A model generated the notes under the pieces. That model did no database searches. It worked only from the letters and a program-made list of their open reading frames with translations, and had not been told where the DNA came from. From positions 25,048,001 to 25,112,000 of the forward strand of contig OX597823.1 of NCBI GenBank assembly GCA_951406725.2: DNA of 64,000 nt. Direction: 5' to 3'. This document shows, in pieces, positions 39,601 through 54,600 of this stretch. Origin of the DNA: Octopus vulgaris. Lineage: Eukaryota. Position 1 is the first letter of the stretch, and the number at the start of each line of letters is the position of its first letter. A program made the translations under genes and the position numbers.

Positions 39601-42600
39601 GACTCCTGAATGATTATTTCAAACATCATCATCACCTGGGACATCATTGAAGACTTCTGTGATGGTGAAGTCATCTCTCTTTATCTTCCCACTTCCTCCC
39701 TCTGTGCTCTGCTACCCTCAGAAAGGCTTGAACTGAATTCTGCAAGCTAATAAATCATCATCATCAGTTAACGCCTGCTTTCCATGCTGGCATGGTTAGA
39801 CCATGTACTGGTTGTATCATCATAATCATTTAAGATGCTCCTTCCATCCTGGTATAGATTGGATGGTTTGACAGGATGTCCACTGTCTGCTTTGACATGG
39901 TCTTTACAGCTGGGTGCCCTTGCTAATGCCACCCACTTTATAGAGTGTTCTGGGTGAATTTTATGTTGCACCAGCAGCATTGAGGTCACTAAGTAACATG
40001 CAACATAAGACTTATCAACTGAATGGGGAATAATATTGATGGAGGTGTCTGTGTGCCAGGTGATGAAAAGTTTTATGAATAGATGACAGAAATAGGTGTC
40101 TTGCAGTAGAGGGCATACATGGTTCAGTTGTAGAGAAATCAAGTAAAACAATAAGGAAGAGACTCACTGGAAATTGATCTGCAGTTTTATGTTATGATCC
40201 CCATCATGCAACAATGTATGAGTCTCAGATAAGAAGAGGGAATCTTCACATACAACAATATATGATTGTTTAGAAAATAGGTGGGGATAGTATTATTATT
40301 TGTTTTAATGAAATTTGTTTGCTACTGCTAACCCCTCATCAGTGAAGTAGGGAGTGGAACCTGCTTGATGAATTAGAGCAAGTGGAGTTAACTACCTTGC
40401 TCAAGGTCATAGCATAACTAGTGTACATTTATTTAGTGGTTCTCTCTTCATTTTTTTCACTGATGAGATCATAAAAAGAAGAAATCTTTTCTGGAGTTGT
40501 CATCCATATTTGCTGAAATAATTAAAATAATGTAACTCATTGTTATTTTTTCCCCACTCCATTATTTCTGGTTAGCTTTTTAATGTTCACTGCTTTAAAT
40601 ATGTTGACACTAATTTAAACTGTTGTAGTTAGATATAAACAAATGACTAATTGAAGAGTGGTCCAGTACATAAACCTCACAGCCACTGCATCTCACAAGT
40701 GTTTTCTTTTTGTTTTATTTTCAGAGATGTATTTGTATCTACGATCCGACCACAACGTAAACATTTAGTTATTGTAATGGATCATGGATTATCTTTAAGT
40801 CTGACTCAACTCAACACTGCTAAAGCTGTAGCAAAACATTTGTTGGAATCTCTGTCAGAAAATGACTATGTAAGCTTTCTCTTTTCACGATATCATTGCC
40901 CTTGGTAATAATGTAGTAGTTGTCTACTGCAGTAACAGTTATGTTTTGAATGCTTTCTACATTGAATAAGTTAATTAAGTATTCAATGCTTTCTACCTTA
41001 GATATATTAATTAGAGATTAAATATTCTCTTTATTGAACATGCTAATTAGATATTCAATGCTCTTTACATTATATATTTTAATTAGGTATTTAATGCTCT
41101 CTTACATTAAACATGCTAGAACTAGGTTATAGTAAAATTCTACTTGTGTGTGCAGATGTTTGTGTACTTGCACATGAATACATGTTTGCTTTTCTGATTT
41201 GTGTGTGTATGTGCATCACTATATATGTATGCATATGCGTATGTGTGCATTGTGATTGTAATGGAAATAAAACAGCCATAGTGATTAAAAAATCCCTTAG
41301 TTCTGACTCCAAATCTAAACAGCATATCCTGTTGATTATTATAGTAGTTTATTTATGATATAAAATCCTGATGTGAATCATGGTTGTCCATGAAACCATT
41401 GTTTCTTCACAGGCCCCTCAGTGTTAGATTGATAAGCGACAAATCTCCCCTGAGATAGGACACTCGCCTTTCAAAAATTGCCTTTCCATGGAAAGGACTG
41501 AATTCAGCATTGTATGTTAGTGAATCATTTGTGAAGTCTACGCTGCACTGCTTACATGGTTGGGGCTATAACCCTATGGTACCTGCTGTGTGTGTGTGTC
41601 TGCTAAATCCACTTGCACTTTTTCTGATGTTTGTGTTGCACACCATCTAACAAGGGAGCTTTTATGCATTTGCTCAACTTGTTAGAAACAGCAACCATAT
41701 TTTCAAACCCTACCAACTAGAACAGAAAAGGAGTATCTTTGATAACATAGTCTTGCATGTACTGTTTGAAAATAAGGGATAGTCATGGCAAGAATGTTTG
41801 ATCACAGGTTTGTTCAGTCTGCCAGGTTGAAGCACAACAACCTGCCTACAACCAGTTGGACTTAGCCATTGAAAGTTAAGTATCTTGACCATTGATATCC
41901 AACTGCATTTGTGACAGAATGTGGACTACTGTCATCTTAGTTGCTTGTCTTCTCTCTTATTATTTCAGCCATTCATACTTTCATTATATGTTTAGACTTG
42001 CAGTTCTCACCTATGGGCTGTAATACAATTTGTGAAGGGATGCAAAAAGACAAATTTGTTTTTAATTTTTAAAATGTTAAATGTTCATGACTATGTTATA
42101 TAATATGCTTTAAGTATATTGGATACAACTCATCATTTTCTGTAGACAAGAACTGAGGAATATTTCCTTTGTTTTGTCTGCAATGTCAAATGTTCAGTGC
42201 ACACCATTGATTTTATTTTTGATATTTAAAAAGGTGGTGGTGGATAATTGATTTGCTGAAATGGGTTGTGTTTGTAGGAAAGGTTGGGAATCTTTGATTT
42301 CAATGGGCTTATATAAAAAATTAATTTTTTTGATAATTTCATGCCGACAGGTTGGAGTTATTGGATTAGCTGCTGAACCAACATACCCACGAGCTGATTC
42401 CTGTCTTCCACATACACTCGTACAAGCAACTTATGAGACAAGATTATATTTCAACAAATTTTTAGATGGCTTAAAGAAAGAAAATGGTTAGTAGAGAATA
42501 TTTTTCCCTTAAATTATATTTTATCTTTTTTTTTCCCTTCAGTTTGATGAAAATGTTGTATGATCCAGTTACTGATATGCTGTGTTGAATAGAGTATCAG

Positions 42601-45600
42601 TGACCAGGTTGTAGATATGTGCTGAAAGGTTTTGATATTTGATGATATATTCTATTACGAAATAAAACAAAAGTGTATATAATTATATATGTATGTTTTA
42701 AATGGCTGACCTACACTTTCCTTTCTTCAATCCATAGTCCATATTCCCTCTTGTACTCACTTTCTGGTACCTTGTGAGTACTCTCCAGCATCCTTCCACC
42801 ACCATCTTTATCTCAAACCCATAAAAATTTTCTCAAATCAGTATATTAATTCCAAACAAGTCACAAAATACAGCAGCATGCTCTATTCACAAATTCAAAA
42901 TTGAGGCATAAAAAAGTTTAATTTTTATCATCTCATTTAATAACTTCAATGTCTGAGAGGTGTTGTTGTTAATAAGAATATAATTTTTCAAGTTATTAAT
43001 TTACATTTTTAAAAATGTAAATATTGTAAAAAGGATTTGTCAATTCTGAAGATGTGTTTATTGGTTTGAAATTTTATTTCTTAACACAAAGTATAGGTTT
43101 TGTTATTTATATAATTGAGAGATTGATTTTCCTTTCATCCTTCCTTACAAACACACACACACACACACTCTCTCTCTCAAGAACAATCATATTCTCTTCA
43201 TGTTTCTCCCCAGCTGCAACCAACCACTCCCTTGGATTTCAGTATGCTTTTGAAATGATAGAAAATTCTGGAGACTCTGTAATTGGTGAGTTAGATTTAA
43301 TAGTCTCTGTTAAAATGACTTGTATGTTTAGATTGTTAATTGTTATGTAGTGACTTTAAAGACACCAGTTGGTGTAAGTAGGAGAAGTGGGTGTGCTTAT
43401 GCGGAGTGATTGAGAGCAGTTAATTAAGAAGTGCTAGCAATCAAACATCCATGGCAGAGGATGACCAAGAATAACCTGAGAAGCAGTGAGATTGGATCTC
43501 AGGATGTTGGGCTCCATTGATAAGATGACACAAAATTGAGAAGTGATCTGTGGTCCTGGTCAACCCATGCTAGCATGAGTGGAACAAATGTTACTACTGA
43601 TCAAGAAAGTCGAGTGACCTCATTGTCATATGTTATGATAATGGCAGTATTAGTGGCATAGACTATCAACCACACATCTCCTTTCTCTTGCTGCTTCAAT
43701 CCACATTAGCAATAAACTTAGTTCAGATTTAGTTGTGAAATAACAAAAAGTGATATTAACATTTTAATAAGTTGTTGCAAATTCATTCAAAAGATAGATT
43801 TCTTAAATATTTTTTTCTAGTCAAACTGATACATTTCTATTCAAATATTGCTAAAATGCAGTTTGCTGTTTTCTTCATTCAGAGACCAATAAAATAAGCA
43901 CCAGTGATACATGTAATCAATTATATCTCCTTCCAAAATTGTCAGTGGAACCATATAAAACAATATTCTAGAGTTATGAATTCTTTTTGTTGTTTTAGAC
44001 AACTTTTCATTTTCATTGTCACCTTTCTATTCTCACTTTTAAAAACAAAAATCATTAAGCTAAACCAGATTTCAATAAAAACCCAGAGTGGGATTATCTG
44101 GTGTCACTGTCTGGAATGTGGGACAGGGAATTCCAAAGACCCAGTCTTTGACGATGCAACAGCGTTTATAGTATATGCGTTATTTTGGGTGTATAAGTTT
44201 GTCCATTGTTAAAAGATTATGTAATGAACCCATAAAACTAGTATTTAAAATAATGTTTTATTGATTTTCATTTTTGTTTTCAGACAAAGAAGACAAAGTC
44301 ATGATTATGTACATCAGTCGTGGCTTGTTATCAATTCTGACTGAAGCCCGAGATGTATTTGATACTATTTCTTACCATAACACCAAACTGAATTTCAAAG
44401 TTATTATCAATACATATGCTGTCATTGATGGTAAGGGTCCAATTTTGTTGAAAGTCATGTAGATTAAGTAATATGTGTAGCCCATACTTCTGCTTTATTA
44501 CTGTCATGCACTATCTTATTTTCATGTTATACCTTTAATTTACACCTCTATTTATATCCTGCCTCAATCCAGTTTTTTTTTTTTTTTTTAAACATCACAT
44601 CTAGATTAAATTAAAATCTGAAGCTGAAAAGAAAGCATTTTTTTTTTAAGGATAAACTTAAATTGCTTAGTTGAAATTTTAAACCGGTTGTTGACTAATT
44701 TCCTTTCTATAACCAAAACAGATACCATCCCAACAATGTATGAAAAGAGCTTCTTACAAGATGTTGCTGATCAAAATTTTGCCAAATATGATGTCCCATA
44801 TGAGAACACAACAGCAATTTTGGTAAAGAATTTTGAAATTTTAGTGCATCTTTCCTTCTCATTTTTGTGTGTGTCTTTTGTTTTTCATTTGAAATTATTT
44901 TTACTAGAGTGTTACTCATCATATGATAGGTAACTCTGGAAACTACTTCTGCAACCGTAGGTAATATCCTTTTCATCTGTCTCTCTGATTCTTTCTCTTT
45001 CACTGTGTGTGTATATAGTATTTTTACTCATTGCTTGTCACCAAGCCAATTATATGCACTCATCCTTATGTCATCTGTGAACTCTCTGTTTGTCTATTTC
45101 TCTTCTACATTCTCTTCTCTCAAAAAATTTCAAGTGTAACTGGAGAAATTAATCAACTGACCATCATATCAGCTATCATTATGTAAAGATTATTGTCATT
45201 ATTCTTATTTTTATTATGTGCATTCACTCTCCTACAGAATGCAGCTTTGTCAGTTTTTTGTATGTGCTGTGTTTTGTTTTGGTTTTATAATTTCTGTTGT
45301 CTTAAAGTTACTCAAATGCATGCAGTGCTTAGTATTGCTAATTTCTGATATTGTGTAAGTCCTTTGGGTTTCCCATGCTTTATTTGTGTGCATGTTTTTT
45401 AATCATTCTTAAGATGTTTATTACATAAGAGATTATTTCTGTTTTAGTCCCCTACGTCTGGTTTTCTGTGTTTTTAGACTTTTATGTTTGGATTTCTTAA
45501 ATGAGATATCAGCATCATCGGCTGTTGCTACTGCTAGCAAAGTCAGTGACACAATGGGCTTTGTACTTAGTAATAATCTCTTCTGCTTTCAGTTTAAATC

Positions 45601-48600
45601 CTACCAAGATCAACTTTCATTCCCAATAAGCATCACTCGAATACTGGCACTGGTTCACTCCTGCCCTAAAATTTGTGGCTATGTGCTTGTGTTAAAAGAA
45701 TTATTGTTATTAGAGGAGACAAAAGTTGGTAGAATTAGTAGGTCACTAGACTAAATACTTAGCATGATTAATTGCATTCATTTGGTTGGAAATTTTAATT
45801 TCTCCAGTGTTGACTTCATCTCTCATCTTATCTGGGTTGATAAAGAAAATATCAGTCATGGGGTCAGTTTAATCTGCTGCACCCATTGTCTAAAATTTAT
45901 TGTCAGGAATTAAAAATCATTATCACATCAGTGAATATTGTTTTTATTATCCATTTTTACTACATACCTTGTAAACAAAACCTTCATGTAACCAAAGTTA
46001 GAGATTCATTCGCTAAAATACTTCTCTTTCTGTTAGAATACAATGATATTGCATATGAGAAGTATCAATCACCTGAACTGATATATGTTTATGATGTAAT
46101 TATTTATATTTTTTATCTTCTTTAGAAAGGAATGATGGTAGCTATAAACAAGACAAAAGATCTCAGTTCCACTGTTGGGTTGTTTTATCGTCCATTGAAC
46201 CAGTCTGACAAATATCTCCCTGTATTCTCCTTGCCATACACCGATGAAGCTGACAAAGGTAAAATATATCTATTTATACTTGTATTTTGTTCCAGGTAGC
46301 CTATAATGATGTTTTCTTGTCTATTTCATCATCTTAAATGTACTTTAACATATTTTGATCTATGTTCTCTCCAGCCATCAATTATCAGATGCTAATTCTG
46401 AACTACGCCAGATTTTGATTTTATGGCTTTAATTTTTGCAACTGTATCTGATTGTCAAATCATTGACCATTGTTGTAATTTTAAGATACTTAGGTGTCAG
46501 ACTTAAGCATTTTCACTGTGCATTTTGTTTTTTATTGATGTTATAAGGGATGACTAAAAAGGTTAACACCAGCATGGTCATCTGGCCATAAAAAACTGCA
46601 TTTAACCCTTTTGATACCAACCTACCTGAGCCCCCTCCTGGTTTTGTGGCACAAGCTTCCTACATAAATTGATCTAAATTAAATTTTTCCATTAATACAC
46701 ATGCACCAGACAACATATACACCACTAATACCAAGTCACAACAGTTTTGCCTGAAATTTCAGTGACATGAAACTTGTTATGAAACAAACCGTTGTCTTCA
46801 GTTTTATTTAAAAAAAAAAACCCTCGTCTTTGATAACATGTATTGAGCATTCCTTTCTATTTGTTCAACGCAGAGCAGCTTGTGTGTGTGTGTAATATAC
46901 ATAATATGTATGTGCATTGTACACATTTATACACATAGTCTAAGAGGGCTTTGAAAAGCACCTGCGGCTTTTCTGTCAGATTATAATTTAAAGTACTTTG
47001 TCATTTGGAAAGGCTTTATACCATTAAACTTTTACAGAATATTTTCAACTTTTTATTTGAAATGTTGATTTAAAATTTTCAATATTTTGAACCATTTATT
47101 ATAAAATCACTGAGATATCTTTGCTGTAGTTCTTACTCTGAATATCAACGAAGCTTCTGTCTCTGAACTATGAGCATCAAGGAAGCTTATATGATTGAGA
47201 TATCTTTTCTTTCTTTCAGCTCTGACTATGAGTATTAGCCAAGCATGTATCCATGATGGAACTTTGATAGGAGTTGTTGGTGTTGATTTACACATGGAAG
47301 ATATTGCACAAGACATTACCTATTTCAACCAAGAAGAGTCATCATATGCCTTCATCATCAACACAGATGGTAAGTGGTTTTTAATAAATAACTCATTTTT
47401 TAACATGCACATGCTCACTCACAAAACTACAGTGTTTAGCCTCTATTTATACTTTACACTCAAGTGTTGGGTGGTGAAAGATTTTCTGTACACCATATTA
47501 CTATTCATCTCAGTCATTTGTCATCTGAGAAGAGCAGCATCCTGAGATCTGATCTTACCCGTAGTGAGCATGTTTTGTGATTTTTATTCCTTCATAAATC
47601 TCTTGGAAAAATCAAGTCCATTCCCACTGCAAACAAAAGAACTTTTCTGTTTAACAGTACAATTACGGCTTAGAGCAATGAATTATACTACACTATGGCA
47701 TCTATTCAGTTCTAGCAACACTTAGTCATTGTGTTTTGGCTATATAGATACAATGCAATACTGGTGACAGGATTATGAACTTCTGATCTATAGACTGGAG
47801 ATCCATTCCCTTTTCAAGACAAACTTGGTAGTTGTGGGTCAAGTACCTTGTGGGCTGAGCCATTGGTCTGGATTTTCGTTTCTTTGTTATAACCATTTTG
47901 CTACACCTTTAGTCTTACCATCAATACATCTTTCCCACTACCTTCTGGAATCAGAATCTGAAAGTGGATAAATGTTGTGTAGTTTGTCATTTTCTACCTT
48001 ACCACCTCACTTTGCAATTCAGTTCATTCTCTACCAGAACCAGCCATTTAGGACATGAGCTTTCAAAAATAGTAAGTCACTGGATTTAGTATAACATTTA
48101 CTTCTATCTCTCATCAGTGTGTTTTTTAAATTTTGCCAAAATTAATCAAAGAAAATTTTCAGAAGATCTGCAACCTGATATAACAGCATTTATTAGGCAG
48201 TTCATAATGTTAAAACTTGTGAGTGCATACTATATGGGTCAGTCGGAGAGGTGGTGGTGTAACATTCCAGTGTATCTTCTGTGTAATCATTACTTGTAGG
48301 CAGAAAACTTCAGTAGTATTCCAACAGCCCAGTACATCCCTTCCATTCCTTCATTTTTGTCTCCTTTCTCTTGTAAAAATTCACCTTTGTATCCAGTGAA
48401 AGGAAATCCTTATGGAATTGCTTTTTCCCTTTGTGTTTCAGGCTACACTATTATGCACCCATCTTTCAGTCGGCCAATCAGGACCAGATTACAGCCAATG
48501 CATACAGATATAAGACATTTTGAAAATGTACCCAATTTTGCTGAAATACGAGAGGCTATTTTAAGGTGATCAAATTGTGAAAATTATCCACATTAGCATA

Positions 48601-51600
48601 TGTGTTTCAATGAAATGATATTTTTGTTTTTAGATATGTAGAATTCCTTACAGTCAAGGTAAGTCACTCAGTGAAGAGATTTTGAGCCTTAGTTTCCATT
48701 CTTGATTGTAAGTACTTCACTTCACATCATTTACCATTTATTGTCACATAACACCATTTTCTATTTCCAATAAATATCTAAGAAATTTACTTGCACAAGA
48801 TATATAAGATATAAGCCAGCTGCTGGTGAATCAAATTTGTGGATCCAATTCTCAAATAAAATTTTATTTTTGTAAACCAGCCAGGAGAGAAAAAACAGTG
48901 TCAATGATTTCTGTGTGTTCACTGAAGTTGGTGAGATAGATGCAGCTGATATCTATCATAATATCTGTAAAAACGTAAGTGGAAAAGGGATCAAGTCTGA
49001 TCTGAATGCTTGTAATGAGTGAACTCCACTTCAGGAACCCTAAGACCGAGTAATGATGTTCATGTTAGGCTTATCACCCAAAGTGAAATCCTCTCACATC
49101 ATTTAAATCTGTCATATCTTAAGAAAGGCATAAACATCACAAAAATTATAAAGTAATTGATTCAATACTGTTATATTTCTGTGTATCAAGTCAGCTATAG
49201 AAATGTAGATGTTTCTAAGAGGCTTTCAGGTGTTGGTGCTTAGTTCTGATTTCAAGGTGTAACAAGGTTGAAAGAAAACTGTTACTCTGGATTAGGTGCT
49301 ACATTTTGCAAGTATAATTCCCAGACGATCTGCAAACTGTATTTGACAGCCAGGTGAAATGTGGTACATAGACTTCAGTGTTTTGCTCTAATCTGTATAT
49401 ATATATATGGCAAGATGTGTATGTGTACGTGATTGTAGTAAATTACAATCTTTTATTAAACTTTTAATTCAGTAATAGCTGCTTAGGTCAATGGTGGAAG
49501 GGTCTAACATTTCAGTGTATCCTTCATGTAATCACTACTTGTAGACAACAAAAAATCTTAGTATTCCAACATCCCATTAGATCATGAGGGATTATTCTTA
49601 TGTGAATTTTTGATGGCTGACAAATCTTTTTTCAAATGCATTTTATCTGACTGTAAACTTTGTGTTGATGTTGTTTTCAGGAAAGAGCGAGGCAGGGAAA
49701 TAGCTCCTCTTGAAGGCAATATAACAACAGAAAAGTCTGAAAATGATGGCCAAGCCACAATCAATAGTTCTTTTGCTGTATACAGCTGGAGAAAGGTAAC
49801 CTTTTATCTAATATTGTATATTTGTTCTTTATGACATGTAAAATAAAACAATGGTTTATCTCTTTAACATCTTCTATACTCAGCCAAGAGTCCTGGAGTT
49901 GCTGTTTTCACTGCCTATTATGCTACTTGGTTTTGGTGTAACTTCTTGGGTTTTGGTCCAGTCAGTTAGCGACCCCTTGTCTCTATAAATTTCTAAAACA
50001 TATGTAAAAATTGTCAGTTTTTATTTCCATGAATGAATCAGAATTTTTAATTTTTAATGATTTTTAAATCTGTAGATGTTTTCCAAATCTTAGTGAAAAT
50101 AGTTATCTTCATAAATTCTTATCTGTTGGAGTTTTGCCTTGTGAACATTGCTAATCTTTAAGAAATCAGAGTTGATATTAGTTAAATTACATCATGTTGT
50201 ATAATATTATCTCTATTTCTATCTATCTATATATATATAAAAGGCAGTTTGTCTGTCTGTGTGTCTGTTAGGTTGTACCCTTACCCTGACCACAGCTTTC
50301 AACCGATTCTGATGAAACTTGACACACACATAGCCCAATGTCATAATTCAAGACTAACGCAGCGAAAATTTTGAAAAGTTCCCCCAGTTCTGAAAAAAAT
50401 TGATAAATTCAACATGGGGTCGAGAATCTAAGCTTATCATATGCAACACATTTTCCATTGTAGTTTTCGCAACTTGCAATCGATTTTCACCAAACTCATG
50501 GTGAAGCTTAATGTTATCCTAAGGAACTTAATTCTGATGTTAGTTTTCCATGCACTACCTTACCATCAGAAAAAATCGATAAAATCATGCCATTTTGGGA
50601 AATCGCGTTCAAATTCAAGATGACATATTTTCGACAATATCTTTAACAAATTGGCAGGAATTTTTTTTGAAATTCACAGCGAGCATGATGTCTACTCCAA
50701 GGAACGATTTGGTCCTTCTGATTCCAATAGGATACGTTATTACTGGAAAAAAATCGGTTAATTACATCATATGTGGCACACATAGCAAACCGATTTTTCT
50801 GCGATATTTTTTGAAAGTTCACATAGATTTTGCCTACTTCATGTATGCGAGGGAACGGTGCCTTGAATACCTTAATGCCTTTTAGGCTTCATTTTACAAA
50901 ATAACGGTTCAATGAGTACAAAAAAGGGTAAAAAGGTAAAGGGCATTGCTTATAGATAAAGTTTCTTACATACCTGGGCAACGCCGAGCTATGCTGCTAG
51001 TGTTTATTTATATTTCACTTATATTTTTAGACATTGCACACTACTTGCTGTTTTCATTGTGTAGTTCATGTTATAAAATCTAACTTACATTTTGGTGTAG
51101 TATTTGATCGTAAAAAAAAAAAATCCATTTATTAGCTATTTGCAAATGATCTTGTTTTTAAGTGTTGTAGTATTGTAGATTGCATCATCTTTTGTGTCTT
51201 ATTCTTAGTGCCACTATCTACTATCTTAGAAAAAAAAAAAAGAACATAGTTGCAGGAGTGGCTGTGTGGTTCCAGGTTTAGTCCCATTGCGTGGCATCTT
51301 GGGCAAGTGTCTACTACTATATCCTCGGGCCGACCAAAGCCTTGTGAGTGGATGTATTAGACGGAATCTTAAAGAAGTCTGTTGTATATGTGTGTGTGCA
51401 TGTGTTTGTTCTCCCTCCCCATTATCACTTGACAACCAATGCTGGTGTATTAACATCCCCATAACTTAGTTGTTCAGCAAAAGAGACCGGTAGAATAAGT
51501 AGTAGGCTTACAATGAATAAGTCCTGGGGTCGATTTGCTTGACTGAAGGCGGTACTCCAGCACGGCCGCAGTTAAATGACTGAAACAAGTAAAAGGATAA

Positions 51601-54600
51601 AGGAATATTGGAAAATGTAGTTCTAGACATAAAAGGATGGAGTAGTCATGGCTAGAAGTCTTTGACTGTATTTCTACTTGATGAAAACTGAGCTGGGGCT
51701 AAGCAACAATTACTGTTACTTATTGACTTATAGATTTTAGATTAATTTGTTCTCCATGGGCTTGAAGTTAGAACTAAAAGACACAAAATCAAATGCTATA
51801 AGACCTTTGCAAACACATTTCCAAGATTGATCTCACTTTGCAGTACCTTGGTCAAGTCTTCCACCACAGCTTCAGGTTGACCAACATCTCAGGGGAATCT
51901 GTTGAAGAAGATATTTTACCGAAGCTCATTGCATGCACTCACATATTTGTCTGTCTCAAACTGGTCCATCCAACAAGAAATTTGCTGCAATATTTAAGTC
52001 TGACTGAGTGATTTCCCTTTGCACCGAGGATGATTTTGCTTTGTTTTTATATGATTGCTTAAATAATTACCCGACTAAAACCTTGGAAGCACTGAACTAT
52101 GAAACTAGTAAAATGGAAACTAATAGTTGTATGTTAATTTGCCATAACCATTTGCCCCACCTTTGAGGAAGAGAACATTTCATAAACATTGTTTTTCTTT
52201 TTTTGTGAATGTTTTAATACAATTTATTTTTTTATTTTAAAATTTATTTTGGCTAATTTTTTTACTCCTCCAGATTCCAAATGTACCATATATTGTGGTA
52301 ATTAAAACACTCACAGATAAAAAAGAAAGACGTCAAATGAAAAAGATTCATGGTAAGCTTTGTTATCTGCAATAATAATTGGTTTGGTTTGGTATACATT
52401 TAACCTCAATGAGTACAGTGCTGTGTTATGGTTGTAGTGCACCAGTGAAAAAAAAATGATGCTGGAATTTTAGGAGACTATTGACGTTCTTCATTACTAA
52501 GAGTTACTTCAACATGAACAAAATGTGTTAGTATGTTGAAAAAATAAAATAGTTAACTCTATATAAAACTGTTTAAGATAATATAAAATTATTTTTAAGA
52601 TCCCTAAAATAATTTTGAGGTTGTAAATCCTACCAAAAACATGCACTTTCATTTATTTAAATCAATGATTTTGATTGTCATGAAACACAGTATTAGATTT
52701 TTTTGTTTCACAGTAAAAATTGAGTGATAGCCATATTTACCTTACACAACACCCATAGCTTTATGAACCAAATGTATAAGGTTCATGATATTTTTGCATG
52801 AAATCTTTTATAATTTATGCTGTTTCAGAGTATTTTTACTTTAGTAATGTATGTGTTTTAGCATAAATGACTTTTTATTTTATGCTTGCAACTTCAGTTT
52901 ATGAACGGATGCTAGACTGATGTTGATGGCAGTGGTGACAACAGCATGGATGACCAATGCTAAAATATTTTTAAAAATAACTGATAATCTAATAAAATGA
53001 ATGACTTACTGGTTTTATTTTGTTTTCATTTGTTTAGTGCTCACCCCAGAATTGGTATATCATAGGCTAGATTTACTACCAACAGATAACATGTGTGTCC
53101 ATCTTAAACAACTTTCAACACTTGGTAAGTTACATCTCTGTCGCTTTGATTTTTTTATGCTATGGTGTTAATATATACATGTAGTTTATATTAATGATCT
53201 GAATGTATACAGTAAAGTTATTCTTAGATGCATTCAGATGCACTATAACTCATCAAAAATGGGCAAAAGAGAGGACAGAAAACAGCAAAAAAATCAACTA
53301 AAGAAAGACAGCAGTTAAAGCTGAAAATGCATAGTACACAAAATTCAAAAAGATTAGAAAAGTGAAATGTGAAAGAGTCATGAAGAGCAAAGGGTACATG
53401 TGCACATCAGGAGTAATGTTTGTTTTGTGGTAAGGGCAATATTATGTTTAGAAATAGTGACTCCTAGTTCGAGTCTAGTAACGCATCTCAGGATGTTGAA
53501 TTAATCCATGTACTGGGTGAAAATACTTGTGGAATCAATTTTGTCTTTCATTCCTTCAGGATATATAAAACAAACACCAGGTATACTCTGATCATTTCAA
53601 TAATTATAACTTCTCTTACAAATTGTGTTTTTGTGCTGCTGTAAGGAAATTTATTTATGGTTGTTGAGATAATTTCTAGTTAATAATATTGAATATTTCA
53701 AGCTTATATCAAAAGTACAATGTTCTTTAATCTGTTATGGTGTTAAGACATAGAAGTTTTCAACATTGAAGTCAAGCTACACGAAAATGGTTTCAAGGAG
53801 GAGTATTACATTGACATGGTTGTTATTATTGTTTAGCTTCAGGTCAGTCCTAATCCAATAGACCTATAATCAAAAGTGTTTCAGCTGTGATAATTCCATC
53901 TGTATTTTTAGATATAGTCTGTATGGAACTACATTATTTCATGTGTCCTTCTTTTTTTTTAAGACTGTAGCATGTAATTTCAAGGTGGATTGACTGCTGC
54001 ATCAAGCAGGCTATGCCACTGTGTAGAGGTTCTCACGCTGGCTTAACATTGGAGTTGTTTCAACAAATGTGGCAGTGGTTTACTTTGCATTGCCTTTGAA
54101 CTGGCACCTGCAGAATAACAAAACACTTTTTAGTTATAGAGTGTTCTCACTGCTCGCAGTTGGGAACTATACTTGTTTTGTCAAACAATACCTGTGTACA
54201 GCCATGTAGTCTGAGCCACTGAGAATTTAATGTCTTGTCTACTGAACACAATGGGACATCTCAGAGAACATTAACATGGTTGCTTGATGTGTTAGAGATA
54301 ACAACCAAATCAACTTCAAATAATTCCATAACATCTTGAAAATATAAGAAGACATTGGATAATGCTGCAAAGCCATGGATGAAACATCTTTTATCATAGA
54401 TCTGCCTTTTGGAGCTAAATAAGCTGTCAGTGATAGGATGTGAACAGTCTGTCAGTAGGTTAACAAACTGGTGTGTTGACCAAAAATCTGAATTTTCCTT
54501 ACGACAATAAACTTGAATGAATAGCAGCTAAGATACAACCCAGACACTTTTAAAATTAGATTTAAAAGTTTTATCTTTTACCTAAAGATTTTACATTATG

